Origin: an uncultured archaeon
Lineage (GTDB): Archaea > Asgardarchaeota > Lokiarchaeia > Sigyniarchaeales > Promethearchaeaceae
DNA length: 32,000 bases
NCBI GenBank assembly: GCA_964426185.1
Contig: CAYRPF010000021.1
Span: forward strand, 8,777-40,776
Direction of reading: 5' to 3'
Positions within the stretch are counted from its first letter, which is position 1. Each line of letters opens with the position of its first letter. Shown in pieces: positions 1-8,689 of this stretch. The notes beneath the pieces were generated by a model, which was not told where the DNA came from, did no database searches, and saw nothing but the letters and a program-made list of their open reading frames with translations. The translations under genes and the position numbers were made by a program.

Positions 1-1
1 T

Positions 2-1045
2 TCGAATCAACCTCTTTTCGCCTGTTTGACATGTAATCGCTGTATGATGTATTGTCCCACCTCAAAGGAGAATGAAGGGATGAATTTTGCTGCTTTAATT
101 CAAAGATTGCGCAGCTATGCATACCATAATCAGATTCAACCCAAAGATTTCGGTGAATTTCCAGGTATTGGCACAATTTTGATACATCCATCTGATTTTA
201 CTTCGAAAGATCTTAGTATCAAGGAAATTCCTGATGTAGATGTAATTTCCATGTTAGATAATTCATTAAAAAGCAAAATCGCCACCGAAGGAAAGATTGC
301 TTACTTTATCGATGACCTTCCGCTTTATATTCAAAAGTATCCTCAATATAAAGCCGACTTGATAGAAATCCCACGTAGTGTAATTCACATCTTAAATCAA
401 GTGGGAATCAAGCCGGTGGTTCTAAATTTGAAACCTTTGGGTCATGATGATTTTTGGGCTGGCTTTACCGATCAATTTCAAATGTTGGCCAAGGCTAATG
501 TTGCTTATTATAAAGCTGCAGGAGTGAAGCAAATTATAGTGGAATCTGCAGAAGCTTATAGAACTTGGAAATATGATTATCCTACAGTAGTTTCCGACTG
601 TGATTTTGAAGTATATCATTTAAGCGAGTATTTAGAAAAATTTCACCTAAGTCCCAAGTTGGTTTTTGATGCAAATATATCGATTTCGGTGACATTTCTT
701 GATGCTGCCAGGTTGGGCCGAATGGGAGGAAGAATATATGAGCCACCTCGAAAAATTTTGAAAAAAGCTAAAGGAATTAAATTGAAGGATTTGGAGTTTA
801 ACCGTGGTGATGCTTATGATTGCTCTCTTACCATCCATTTTCCGGAGAATGAGGAAACACAGAGAATGCGCTCCCAGCTCTTAGATGAAATTCGGGAGGC
901 AAGCGTGGAATATGTAGTTAGCACTTCCCCCAAGCAAATTATCCATTATCTTTATGCTGTAAATAATTTGGGTTCTGAAGGAAATTCAATGCCGATCATT
1001 CATGATTGGGCGGTTATGCTCTTCCGATTACTGAGGATTCATTAG
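2..1045 (+). CDS. HdrD/GlpC-like Fe-S protein (4Fe-4S motif plus two degenerate CCG domains), 5'-truncated by window edge
   Basis: Frame is open from base 2 (SNQPLFACLTCNRCMMYCP), giving a full CxxCxxCxxxCP motif, so the TTG at 26 is not the true start. Downstream layout matches CCG domains (YFID..., AGVKQIIV, DYP, FEVYHLSEYL, VTFLDAARLGR, IYEPPRKIL). Confidence 0.8.
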   Translation, partial: SNQPLFACLTCNRCMMYCPTSKENEGMNFAALIQRLRSYAYHNQIQPKDFGEFPGIGTILIHPSDFTSKDLSIKEIPDVDVISMLDNSLKSKIATEGKIAYFIDDLPLYIQKYPQYKADLIEIPRSVIHILNQVGIKPVVLNLKPLGHDDFWAGFTDQFQMLAKANVAYYKAAGVKQIIVESAEAYRTWKYDYPTVVSDCDFEVYHLSEYLEKFHLSPKLVFDANISISVTFLDAARLGRMGGRIYEPPRKILKKAKGIKLKDLEFNRGDAYDCSLTIHFPENEETQRMRSQLLDEIREASVEYVVSTSPKQIIHYLYAVNNLGSEGNSMPIIHDWAVMLFRLLRIH

Positions 1046-1407
1046 AATGTAATGATATGATAACCCTTTTCAATATATGTATGTATTGAAGGATGTCCGT
1101 TCATATCTCCTTTGATTGGGAGTTTTTCAGCTCGAGCAGATTCGATTGCACCCATCTTAGTTGCACATGCTTTGCAAACAGCTGAGATAAGACCTGCTTC
1201 TTTAACTTTTTTGTAAAGACTATAATATGGATTATCGTGCTCTTCATGGAAAGTTTTAATCAATTTTGTGGCTGTTCCCTCAATAACAATAGTCACGTCG
1301 TAATCTTTCGAGCGCAAATGCAGAGCATTTAATAACGCGTGGGTAAAGCATAACATTTCTCCGTTAAAAGCATAAAGACAATATTTCAGAATACCCATAA
1401 TACCCAT
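1042..1407 (-). CDS. DsrE/DsrF-like family protein
   Basis: FTHALLNAL...VTIVIEGTATKL...AVCKACATKMG...GHPSIHTYIEKGYHIITF is a typical small DsrE-like pattern. Start could be 1407 or 1398. Converges on the upstream gene with a 4-nt overlap. Confidence 0.75.
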   Translation of the reverse strand: MGIMGILKYCLYAFNGEMLCFTHALLNALHLRSKDYDVTIVIEGTATKLIKTFHEEHDNPYYSLYKKVKEAGLISAVCKACATKMGAIESARAEKLPIKGDMNGHPSIHTYIEKGYHIITF

Positions 1408-1533
1408 AATGTTTTTGATCTTGATAAATATTATTTATTTAAAGTCGGTGGAATGCTTAAATTCATGCTTACCTTAATTAATTTAATAAATATCTTAAGA
1501 ACGGATATTTTTTGGTAGAAGAGGTAAAATATT

Positions 1534-2568
1534 ATGAATTCAAGAGATGTGGTTATTAAACTTGACAATATTACAAAAAATTTCGGAAAATTTACCGCAG
1601 TCGATAATTTGACCTTAGAAATTAAAGAAGGTGAAATTCTCGGGTTTTTGGGACCTAATGGTGCGGGAAAATCTACCACCATGAAAATGTTGGCATATCT
1701 TCTTCGACCCACCAAGGGAGTAATTCATATTCGGTCAAATGGAACATTGGTAACTTTAACGGAATATAATAAGGATAATCTTTTAGACAAAATGGGATTT
1801 TTGATTGAAACGCCGTTTTTTTATAAGAATGCAACTCCCCGTCAGATCCTTTCTTATTTTGCTAAGTTAAAGGGTTATCCCCGTGAAGAGATTTCCAAAC
1901 GCGTGGAAACCATTGTAATGAAAATGGGTTTATTTAAATGGATTGATGAGAAATTAGGGAAATTTTCTAAAGGAATGCAACAAAAAATTGGCATTTTAAG
2001 TGCGATAGTTCATGATCCTGAAGTAATCATCCTTGATGAGCCATACACCGGTTTAGATCCAGCTGCCCGTAGAGAAGTTCGTGATTTTATTCTAAAATTG
2101 AAAGAACAAGGTAAAACCGTGTTTTTAAGCAGTCATCTTCTTTATGAAGTAAGTGAAGTGGCTGATCGGATAGCGATTATCTCTCATGGGAAATTAATTG
2201 CATGTGATACTCTAGAAAATTTAGAACAACAGGCAAAAAGTAGCACCATTAATTTGGAAGTTCTTAATATGCCGGCCTTGAAAACGACCCTTATTCCGGA
2301 GTTGTATAAAATTTTAAATGAGTTTATCGATCTTAATTCAATTCATTACGTTGAAGATGGAAATTATTACACCATTGAATTTGACGGTAATCCTGAAAAA
2401 CAGCACCAAATCTTGAAGGCTTTGATGGATAATGGCATTAAAGTGTTGGAATTTTCAGTTCCAAAAGCAGGTCTTCTTGAGGCTTTGTATATGAGTTATA
2501 TTTCTAAAAGTGAAAGTGAATCACTGGATTCCCAGAAAAGATCAATAAAGGTGGAGGCGATTCTCTAA
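1534..2568 (+). CDS. ABC-2 type exporter ATP-binding protein
   Basis: Walker A GPNGAGKST, signature FSKGMQQK, Walker B IILDEP, H-loop SSH; GAGGT ribosome-binding site upstream. Confidence 0.95.
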   Translation: MNSRDVVIKLDNITKNFGKFTAVDNLTLEIKEGEILGFLGPNGAGKSTTMKMLAYLLRPTKGVIHIRSNGTLVTLTEYNKDNLLDKMGFLIETPFFYKNATPRQILSYFAKLKGYPREEISKRVETIVMKMGLFKWIDEKLGKFSKGMQQKIGILSAIVHDPEVIILDEPYTGLDPAARREVRDFILKLKEQGKTVFLSSHLLYEVSEVADRIAIISHGKLIACDTLENLEQQAKSSTINLEVLNMPALKTTLIPELYKILNEFIDLNSIHYVEDGNYYTIEFDGNPEKQHQILKALMDNGIKVLEFSVPKAGLLEALYMSYISKSESESLDSQKRSIKVEAIL

Positions 2569-3422
2569 TGCAGAAATCTGAGTTAATAAATCCATCCAAT
2601 GATAAGGAATTTCGCTATCAACGGAGATTCAGTCAAATAATTGACACTTTGATTTTTGATCTTCAAATGAATTGGCGAAAAATCTTGATTTTAAGCTCGG
2701 TAGCGGTAGTAATTTTCGCTCTTTCCCTATTATTGGGTGTATGGCAGATTAATCGAAATTCACAAGCTTTTCCCACGGTAGAAGCTTATATTCAAAATTA
2801 TTTCTCCTTTATTAGCTTATTCATTTTAATTTTAGCCGTAAGCTACGGTTCCAACATGTTGGTTGTTGATTTTCAAGAACGTACCGGAAATTTACTTTTT
2901 CCAAAAATATCAAAATCGCGTCTATTTATAGGAAGATATCTCAGCGGTCTGATTCAAGGAGGGATAATTCTGGTTTTCTATTATTGGTTAGTGGTTATTC
3001 CTGTATTTCTTGAGTTTGATGTCATTCCTTTAAGCTTCTGGAAAAGTCTTGGTTTTGCAGTGTTGTATTATATCGCTCTTCTGAGTTTCTCAATTTTCTT
3101 CAGTTCCATTGTAAAAAGAAGCAGTGGGGCAGTAATCACTACTTTACTTCTGATCATCATTGCATTTCCGATTATAAATTCCATATTTTCGTTATCTACA
3201 TCTGTTGAACCGCTCTTTTTGCTTGATTATTATGGAAATATCATATCAAATATTTTAAATATGCCTGATCAACGATTTATTAAATTAGATATAGAAGGAT
3301 TAACCATATATACTTGGTTTACCCCTTCAGAATCTGCGGCTTTAATCGGTTTGATTATATATATATTCATTTTCACGATCATTGCTTACCTGATTTACCG
3401 ATTTCGCCAAATTGAAGATTAA
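2568..3422 (+). CDS. ABC-2 type exporter permease
   Basis: About 6 hydrophobic helices, DFQERTG...PKISKSRLFIGRYL motif, TAATG stop/start overlap with the ATPase gene. Confidence 0.88.
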   Translation: MQKSELINPSNDKEFRYQRRFSQIIDTLIFDLQMNWRKILILSSVAVVIFALSLLLGVWQINRNSQAFPTVEAYIQNYFSFISLFILILAVSYGSNMLVVDFQERTGNLLFPKISKSRLFIGRYLSGLIQGGIILVFYYWLVVIPVFLEFDVIPLSFWKSLGFAVLYYIALLSFSIFFSSIVKRSSGAVITTLLLIIIAFPIINSIFSLSTSVEPLFLLDYYGNIISNILNMPDQRFIKLDIEGLTIYTWFTPSESAALIGLIIYIFIFTIIAYLIYRFRQIED

Positions 3423-3535
3423 TTAGCTTTTTCAAAATTCTCAATATAAAATTAGAAATTTTTTAACTTTTTTATTAGATTTATTCCCAGAATTTTTTCA
3501 AAACCTTTTTATATAATGCCTAAAGAAATAATGTC

Positions 3536-3560
3536 GTGGCCTTTGGCCGCTTTCTTCTTC
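3536..3560 (+). terminator. Short GC hairpin followed by pyrimidine tract, possible terminator of the ABC operon
   Basis: GTGGCC-TTT-GGCCGC then TTTCTTCTTC, about 115 nt after the permease stop; the only GC-rich patch in this spacer. Confidence 0.3.
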
Positions 3561-3726
3561 CTCTTTATATTAACTCAATAATATTTCTATCTTTAATAAA
3601 ATATTTATTTGAGCAAAGAATTCTCATTTTTCTGGAATGTTGGAAACATTCGAATTAGAAATCTTAAATACCTTCCATTTCTTTTGGTATTATATAATTA
3701 AGCCATAATCACTAGAGTGAACATCT

Positions 3727-3993
3727 ATGAATCCACTTCTAAAGCGTAAATTAGCTAAGGCAGAAGAAAAAAAGGAACAAGAACTTCATTATTTATTAGA
3801 TAGTTTTAAGTCAGAATTGGAAGAAATGCAAAAAAAACTAGATAATTTAAAATATCAAATTGAATTTTTTGGGGCGACACCTGAACTTATTGAAAAAAAG
3901 AAAGATTGTAAAGTTATGATGCAGTGGATTCAATCACAATTTGAAGAAATTAAGCAATCTTTATCCAATCATTCCAAACCACTTTCTGCTTGA
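3727..3993 (+). CDS. Small coiled-coil hypothetical protein
   Basis: 88-aa ORF with GAGTGA ribosome-binding-like site, upstream TATA-like elements and heptad-patterned charged helices; stops 2 nt from the convergent pepT. Confidence 0.7.
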   Translation: MNPLLKRKLAKAEEKKEQELHYLLDSFKSELEEMQKKLDNLKYQIEFFGATPELIEKKKDCKVMMQWIQSQFEEIKQSLSNHSKPLSA

Positions 3994-3995
3994 TT

Positions 3996-5243
3996 TTAAT
4001 TGGTGAATTTTTCTACATAGAGTTCAATTATTTTTAGAATTACTTCAACTGCTTTTTCCATTGCAACGATAGGAATAAACTCCTTTTTACTGTGAAAATT
4101 ATAACCTCCAGTAAAGATATTTGGAGTAGGCATCCCATCATACGAAAACCGGGCACCGTCTGTTCCACCTCTTATAGGTTCTTCTATTACTTCCAATCCC
4201 ACAGATTCAATGGCTTCTTTCGCGATGGAAACAACTTCAGGATACTGATCTAAAATTGATTTCATATTTCGATATCCTTTTTTTATTTGTAATTTGATTG
4301 GAAAATCTGAATAGTGTGCTTGAATTTGGGCTACCCCTTCTTCAATATGTTTAATTTGGCGGTCTAAATCTTGTTCGTCAAAATTTCGGAGTATAAATAC
4401 CAATTTGGTTTCATCGGTTGTTGACACTAAGTGAACAGGATAGTAATATGGTTCATAATCTTTGGTGTTTTCAGGAGTTTGATCAGGAGGAAACAAGTTT
4501 AATAATTCTGGAACCAATTTCATGCTATTCTTCATTTTTCCGAACGCAAAACCAGGATGAACTGAATATCCCTTAACAGTAACAGTTCCACTGGCAGCAT
4601 TGAAATTTTCGATCTCAATACTTCCCATTCTGCCACCATCGATGGTGTAACCAAATTGAGCACCAATTTCTTTCACCGAAATTGAATCCGCTCCTTTACC
4701 AACTTCTTCGTCTGGAGTAAAAACAATTTTTAAATTTCCATGGGGGATCTCGGGATTAGAAGAGAGATGTGAAAGTGCTGTCATAATTTCAGCAATTCCG
4801 GCCTTATCATCTGCTCCCAATAATGTTGTTCCATCTGTGATGATTAAATCTGTATTAATAAACCTTTGAAAGGTGGGTATTTCTTGAGGATTTATTTGCA
4901 AGTCTGGATTTTTTTCTAAGGAAATAGGTTCCCCCTTAAAAGTGACAATGCGCGGTTGTACATTTTCGCCAGGAGCTGATGGTGCAGTATCCATGTGGGA
5001 ATTAAAACATATAATGGGAATTTTACTTGCTTGTTCAGGTGGTAGATTACTGGGAATATTGGCAATAACTACACCATTTTCAGTTACCTTGACATCTTGG
5101 TAACCTAAGCTTTGAATTTCTTTTAGGAGTAAATGAGCCAAATTTAATTGTCGCGCCGTACTTGGTATTTTATCTACTCCTTCCTTACTCGTCGTATGAA
5201 TTTTAACATATTTTAAAAATCGCTCAACCACTTCTGAATTCAT
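3996..5243 (-). CDS. pepT: Peptidase T (tripeptide aminopeptidase, M20B)
   Basis: SHMDT, TDGTTLLGADDKAG, FTPDEEVG, ENFNAA, PIRGGTDGA, PNIFTGGYNFHSKKE motifs. Confidence 0.95.
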   Translation of the reverse strand: MNSEVVERFLKYVKIHTTSKEGVDKIPSTARQLNLAHLLLKEIQSLGYQDVKVTENGVVIANIPSNLPPEQASKIPIICFNSHMDTAPSAPGENVQPRIVTFKGEPISLEKNPDLQINPQEIPTFQRFINTDLIITDGTTLLGADDKAGIAEIMTALSHLSSNPEIPHGNLKIVFTPDEEVGKGADSISVKEIGAQFGYTIDGGRMGSIEIENFNAASGTVTVKGYSVHPGFAFGKMKNSMKLVPELLNLFPPDQTPENTKDYEPYYYPVHLVSTTDETKLVFILRNFDEQDLDRQIKHIEEGVAQIQAHYSDFPIKLQIKKGYRNMKSILDQYPEVVSIAKEAIESVGLEVIEEPIRGGTDGARFSYDGMPTPNIFTGGYNFHSKKEFIPIVAMEKAVEVILKIIELYVEKFTN

Positions 5244-5305
5244 GATTGAACAAAAAGAAAAGATAGTAAAAAAAGTTTTATTTAGAAATTAACGAGAAGT
5301 TCCAT

Positions 5306-6313
5306 TTATGCTGAAGGAATTTTCTTTAATTCTCGTTTCTTATCTGATTTTTCCTTTTTTTCGGCTTTTTCTTTGGATGATTTTTTATTTGTATTTTTTT
5401 TTTTTTGGTAAATTTCAATTCCTTGTACTTGATTATTCTTGCAGTAAATCCGGAGCAAATTTGATGCAATATCAATATTTCCATCAGGTATATTTTCCAT
5501 TTTTGACCATTTGATTTCTTCCACTTCCTTGCCGAATAACATAGAAATCATCCGTTTTGGTGAATAAACTGAATTTCCGATAATGATATTCATTCGATTC
5601 AGATTTTCTGGAGGCTGTGTTTCTAATATCAAATCCAAAATTTCATTTTCAATTTCTTTATTCAAATTGGGAGATTCATGTTTTTTCGAGAAATAAGATG
5701 GACTGTGTGATTTTCGTTTCGGAATTGGATTTGAGATGATGGTTTTCTCTTTACGATGGGATGTTTTTTTCGTAGAGCCATCTGATTCACTAGATCCTTG
5801 GAATGCTGCTTTCTTCATCTTTTCCATTTCTTTTAGGTGCTTCTGTTCTTCCAATAGTGGGCTCCAATATTCTTGTTCTTCTTTCTTTTTTGATTTAGTT
5901 CCTTTAAGCAATTCTTCTTCTTCGAGTTTTCGTCTTTCTTCATTTCGTAAGTAATACATATCTTCTGGCTTTTCATTTTCTGATACTTCATAAGATTGAA
6001 GATTAAATGCACGTAAAAACTCTAATGGTTCATCACCAGCATCTACACTCACAATCTTTAGATGTCTACCGAATTTTGCTGATTCTTCTTGTATTTTTGA
6101 TCCAACTCGAGAACTAATAAATCTTTTACGAACAGGTGATCTTGGACCTTTCCAGATAAAAATACGTCGGATATCATAGCGAACTAATAGAAATACTCCT
6201 TCACTAGTGAATAAATCCTTAACATCTTCAATAGAAATGTCAATTTCTTCGCTATCTCCTTCATTCGTTAGCTGGAAAGCACGGAATTCTTTATATTCTT
6301 GATCTAATGACAT
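5306..6313 (-). CDS. Gelsolin/villin-like domain protein with charged linker and unknown C-terminal domain
   Basis: N-terminal ~105 aa: LFTSEGVFLLV...RIFIWKGPRSP...SVDAGDEPLEFLRAF matches the gelsolin repeat consensus (L.s.dvFiLd...ifvW.G..s....v.qG.Ep..F...F). Confidence 0.8.
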   Translation of the reverse strand: MSLDQEYKEFRAFQLTNEGDSEEIDISIEDVKDLFTSEGVFLLVRYDIRRIFIWKGPRSPVRKRFISSRVGSKIQEESAKFGRHLKIVSVDAGDEPLEFLRAFNLQSYEVSENEKPEDMYYLRNEERRKLEEEELLKGTKSKKKEEQEYWSPLLEEQKHLKEMEKMKKAAFQGSSESDGSTKKTSHRKEKTIISNPIPKRKSHSPSYFSKKHESPNLNKEIENEILDLILETQPPENLNRMNIIIGNSVYSPKRMISMLFGKEVEEIKWSKMENIPDGNIDIASNLLRIYCKNNQVQGIEIYQKKKNTNKKSSKEKAEKKEKSDKKRELKKIPSA

Positions 6314-6438
6314 AGGTTTTCTCCCGTTATTGATTGGTAATTCTATATGTATATGTTGCTAAGTGATCTTAAAAAATTGCTTTTTTTTTAAAATCTTGGA
6401 AAAAAATAAGAAAATCTGTGGGAATTTTTCCAACTTTT

Positions 6439-7017
6439 TTAACATATTTTTTGAAAGATTGAATTAAAAATGGTATAATCATCATCAGAAAATAAGCAAA
6501 CCCGCACATCTAAAAATTTTGTTGAATTTTTCAGAAATTTGATTAATTCGGAAAGAATAACTTTTGCTGCTCTTTCTTTAGGAAAGCCAAAAATTCCTGT
6601 TGATATTGCAGGGAATGCAATCGATGTGAGATTTAATTCAACCAATTTATTACTGCTCTGAGTAATTGTGGACCTGAGTAATTCATCTGCTTTTTTAGGA
6701 GAATACATATGGAACTGTGGACCTACAGCATGAAAGATATATTTTACTTGTTTAATATTTCCAGCTGAGGTAATGGCAATTCTTCCCACTGGGGTATATC
6801 CAATCCTATTGCACTCTTCTTGGATACCAAGGCCGCCTTTACGACGAATGGCTCCTGCTACTCCAGTACCTAAAATCAATTGTTCATTAGCTGCGTTTAC
6901 TAAAACATCAACAATCTGATTTGTAATATCCCCTTGAATCAACGTTAGTTTCGATTTATTTGGGTTTTCTGAAAAAATGAATTGGTTTGATTTTTCTTCT
7001 TTCATCATTCCACACAT
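6439..7017 (-). CDS. Macro domain protein (MacroD/YmdB type ADP-ribose hydrolase)
   Basis: QGDIT, VNAAN, GTGVAGAI, HAVGP, SIAFPAISTGIFGFP. Start may be 7008 or 7005. Confidence 0.93.
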   Translation of the reverse strand: MCGMMKEEKSNQFIFSENPNKSKLTLIQGDITNQIVDVLVNAANEQLILGTGVAGAIRRKGGLGIQEECNRIGYTPVGRIAITSAGNIKQVKYIFHAVGPQFHMYSPKKADELLRSTITQSSNKLVELNLTSIAFPAISTGIFGFPKERAAKVILSELIKFLKNSTKFLDVRVCLFSDDDYTIFNSIFQKIC

Positions 7018-7019
7018 TC

Positions 7020-7724
7020 TTACTTAATAATTGAGAAACCATTATCTAGTTGAATTTTCTGTCTTTTGTTAATTTCTTGTAAAATTGGATTTGAACGGGG
7101 TAAATTATTTTCTATTAACAATCGTTCTTGAAGATGGGATTCATAAATTAAACGCTCCCTTTCAAATTCCTCCAATTTTTCCCCTTTTCCAAAACGATAT
7201 GCCAATTCAATTGTCGGATCTCGATAATATCCGTAGACTTTTTGGAGTGCTTCAAAAGAATATTGCTTATTTTTACAATACAAAAAATATTTTTGGGCAA
7301 TCGGGGGGAGTTGTTCCAATAAAAAAGAATCTTTGGTTATTAGTCTAATAATAAATGGCATATATTCATGTTTTTTAGCATTAATCTCATGAAATTTGGA
7401 ATTATTCAATTTTTTATGAGAAACTAGATCGAATTTTGTGGCAAGAATGAGGCATTTAAACCATGTATAAGGTAAAATAAAAAGATATAATCTTAGAAAG
7501 AATATATCTACACTGTAAAAACGCCTAATACTAAAGATTATAAATTTAATTAACGAAAATCCTCCAACAAGAAAAATTGATAACAACCATAAAGGAATTT
7601 TGATATATCCAAATGAGTTTTTCAAATCGTTTATAATGAAGAATAATAGAATAATTAGAAATATATTAATTAGATTTGAGAAGAAATTTTGCTTGATTCG
7701 TTCTTTTATATAAATTATTCTCAC
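7020..7724 (-). CDS. Hypothetical membrane protein
   Basis: 234-aa ORF with GTG start preceded by GGAGA, 2-3 N-terminal hydrophobic segments and a soluble helical C-terminus; ends 2 nt before the macrodomain ORF. Confidence 0.65.
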   Translation of the reverse strand: MRIIYIKERIKQNFFSNLINIFLIILLFFIINDLKNSFGYIKIPLWLLSIFLVGGFSLIKFIIFSIRRFYSVDIFFLRLYLFILPYTWFKCLILATKFDLVSHKKLNNSKFHEINAKKHEYMPFIIRLITKDSFLLEQLPPIAQKYFLYCKNKQYSFEALQKVYGYYRDPTIELAYRFGKGEKLEEFERERLIYESHLQERLLIENNLPRSNPILQEINKRQKIQLDNGFSIIK

Positions 7725-7882
7725 GATTCCAGTCTCCGTAAAATTTTATCGTAATATTTTTATTATCTGTAAAAAAAAAAAGAAATTCTATACAAATAAG
7801 GATTTGTAATTATTTGAATTTTCGAGAAAATAGAAACGAATTTTTTAATAAAATGATAGATTAACAAAATGCAAGATTAATT

Positions 7883-8677
7883 ATGCTAAAAAATCTGAAG
7901 CTTAAGGATTATGCAACTTTACTAGGGACAATGTGCGGTGCAATTTCTATTTATTTAACTATTTCACCATTTCGAGCATATCGAGGAGCGATGTTTATGA
8001 TTTTTCTAGGTGTAATCGCTGATTTGTTTGATGGTTTTATCGCCCGAAAGACCAGAGAGATTAACGAATTCGGTGTTCAATTAGATTCTCTTAGTGATGC
8101 TATTGTTTTTGGGGTTGCACCTGCAATACTGTTATTTATGAATTACACTGAACCTGATGCTGTTGTAATAAATCCCACCTATCCAAATTGGGTAATCTTG
8201 ATTTCAGCAATTTTATTGATTTGTGCGGGAATTATCCGTTTAGCATGGTTCAATGTTTCCCATGATAATCCTGTTTACCAAGGTATGCCTATTCCTATGA
8301 CGGCAACTGCACTCTGTTTGCTTGTTTTCAGTGATTATTTTGCTTGGGCGATTAATCAGAAAATAACATTATATAATAGAATCATCTATTGGAGTATGCC
8401 TATTATTATTGTTTTTTTCGCTTGGACAAATGTTACCAATAAAATTCGTTTTGGAGAAATTTTTAGGAAAAAGACAGGATATATAAAGTGGATTTATCGA
8501 TTTTTAGCGATCAGCTTGTGTATTCTTACTATATTGGTTTTTGTCGATAGATTTCGGTTTGCTGTGATTATTTTTATTGCTTCTTGGATCTTTTTAGGAA
8601 TGTATATCTATTTTCTCGTAGTTGGTTTTAGAACAGCAAAGAGAAAAACAAATTCAATATCGCAAATTTCGAATTAA
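7883..8677 (+). CDS. CDP-alcohol phosphatidyltransferase, PssA/archaetidylserine synthase-like
   Basis: DLFDGFIARKT...FGVQLDSLSDAIVFGVAPA signature; RLAWFN and YQGMPIP resemble the PssA RLARFN and F.GLP.P motifs. Confidence 0.88.
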   Translation: MLKNLKLKDYATLLGTMCGAISIYLTISPFRAYRGAMFMIFLGVIADLFDGFIARKTREINEFGVQLDSLSDAIVFGVAPAILLFMNYTEPDAVVINPTYPNWVILISAILLICAGIIRLAWFNVSHDNPVYQGMPIPMTATALCLLVFSDYFAWAINQKITLYNRIIYWSMPIIIVFFAWTNVTNKIRFGEIFRKKTGYIKWIYRFLAISLCILTILVFVDRFRFAVIIFIASWIFLGMYIYFLVVGFRTAKRKTNSISQISN

Positions 8678-8689
8678 AATTGATTTATT

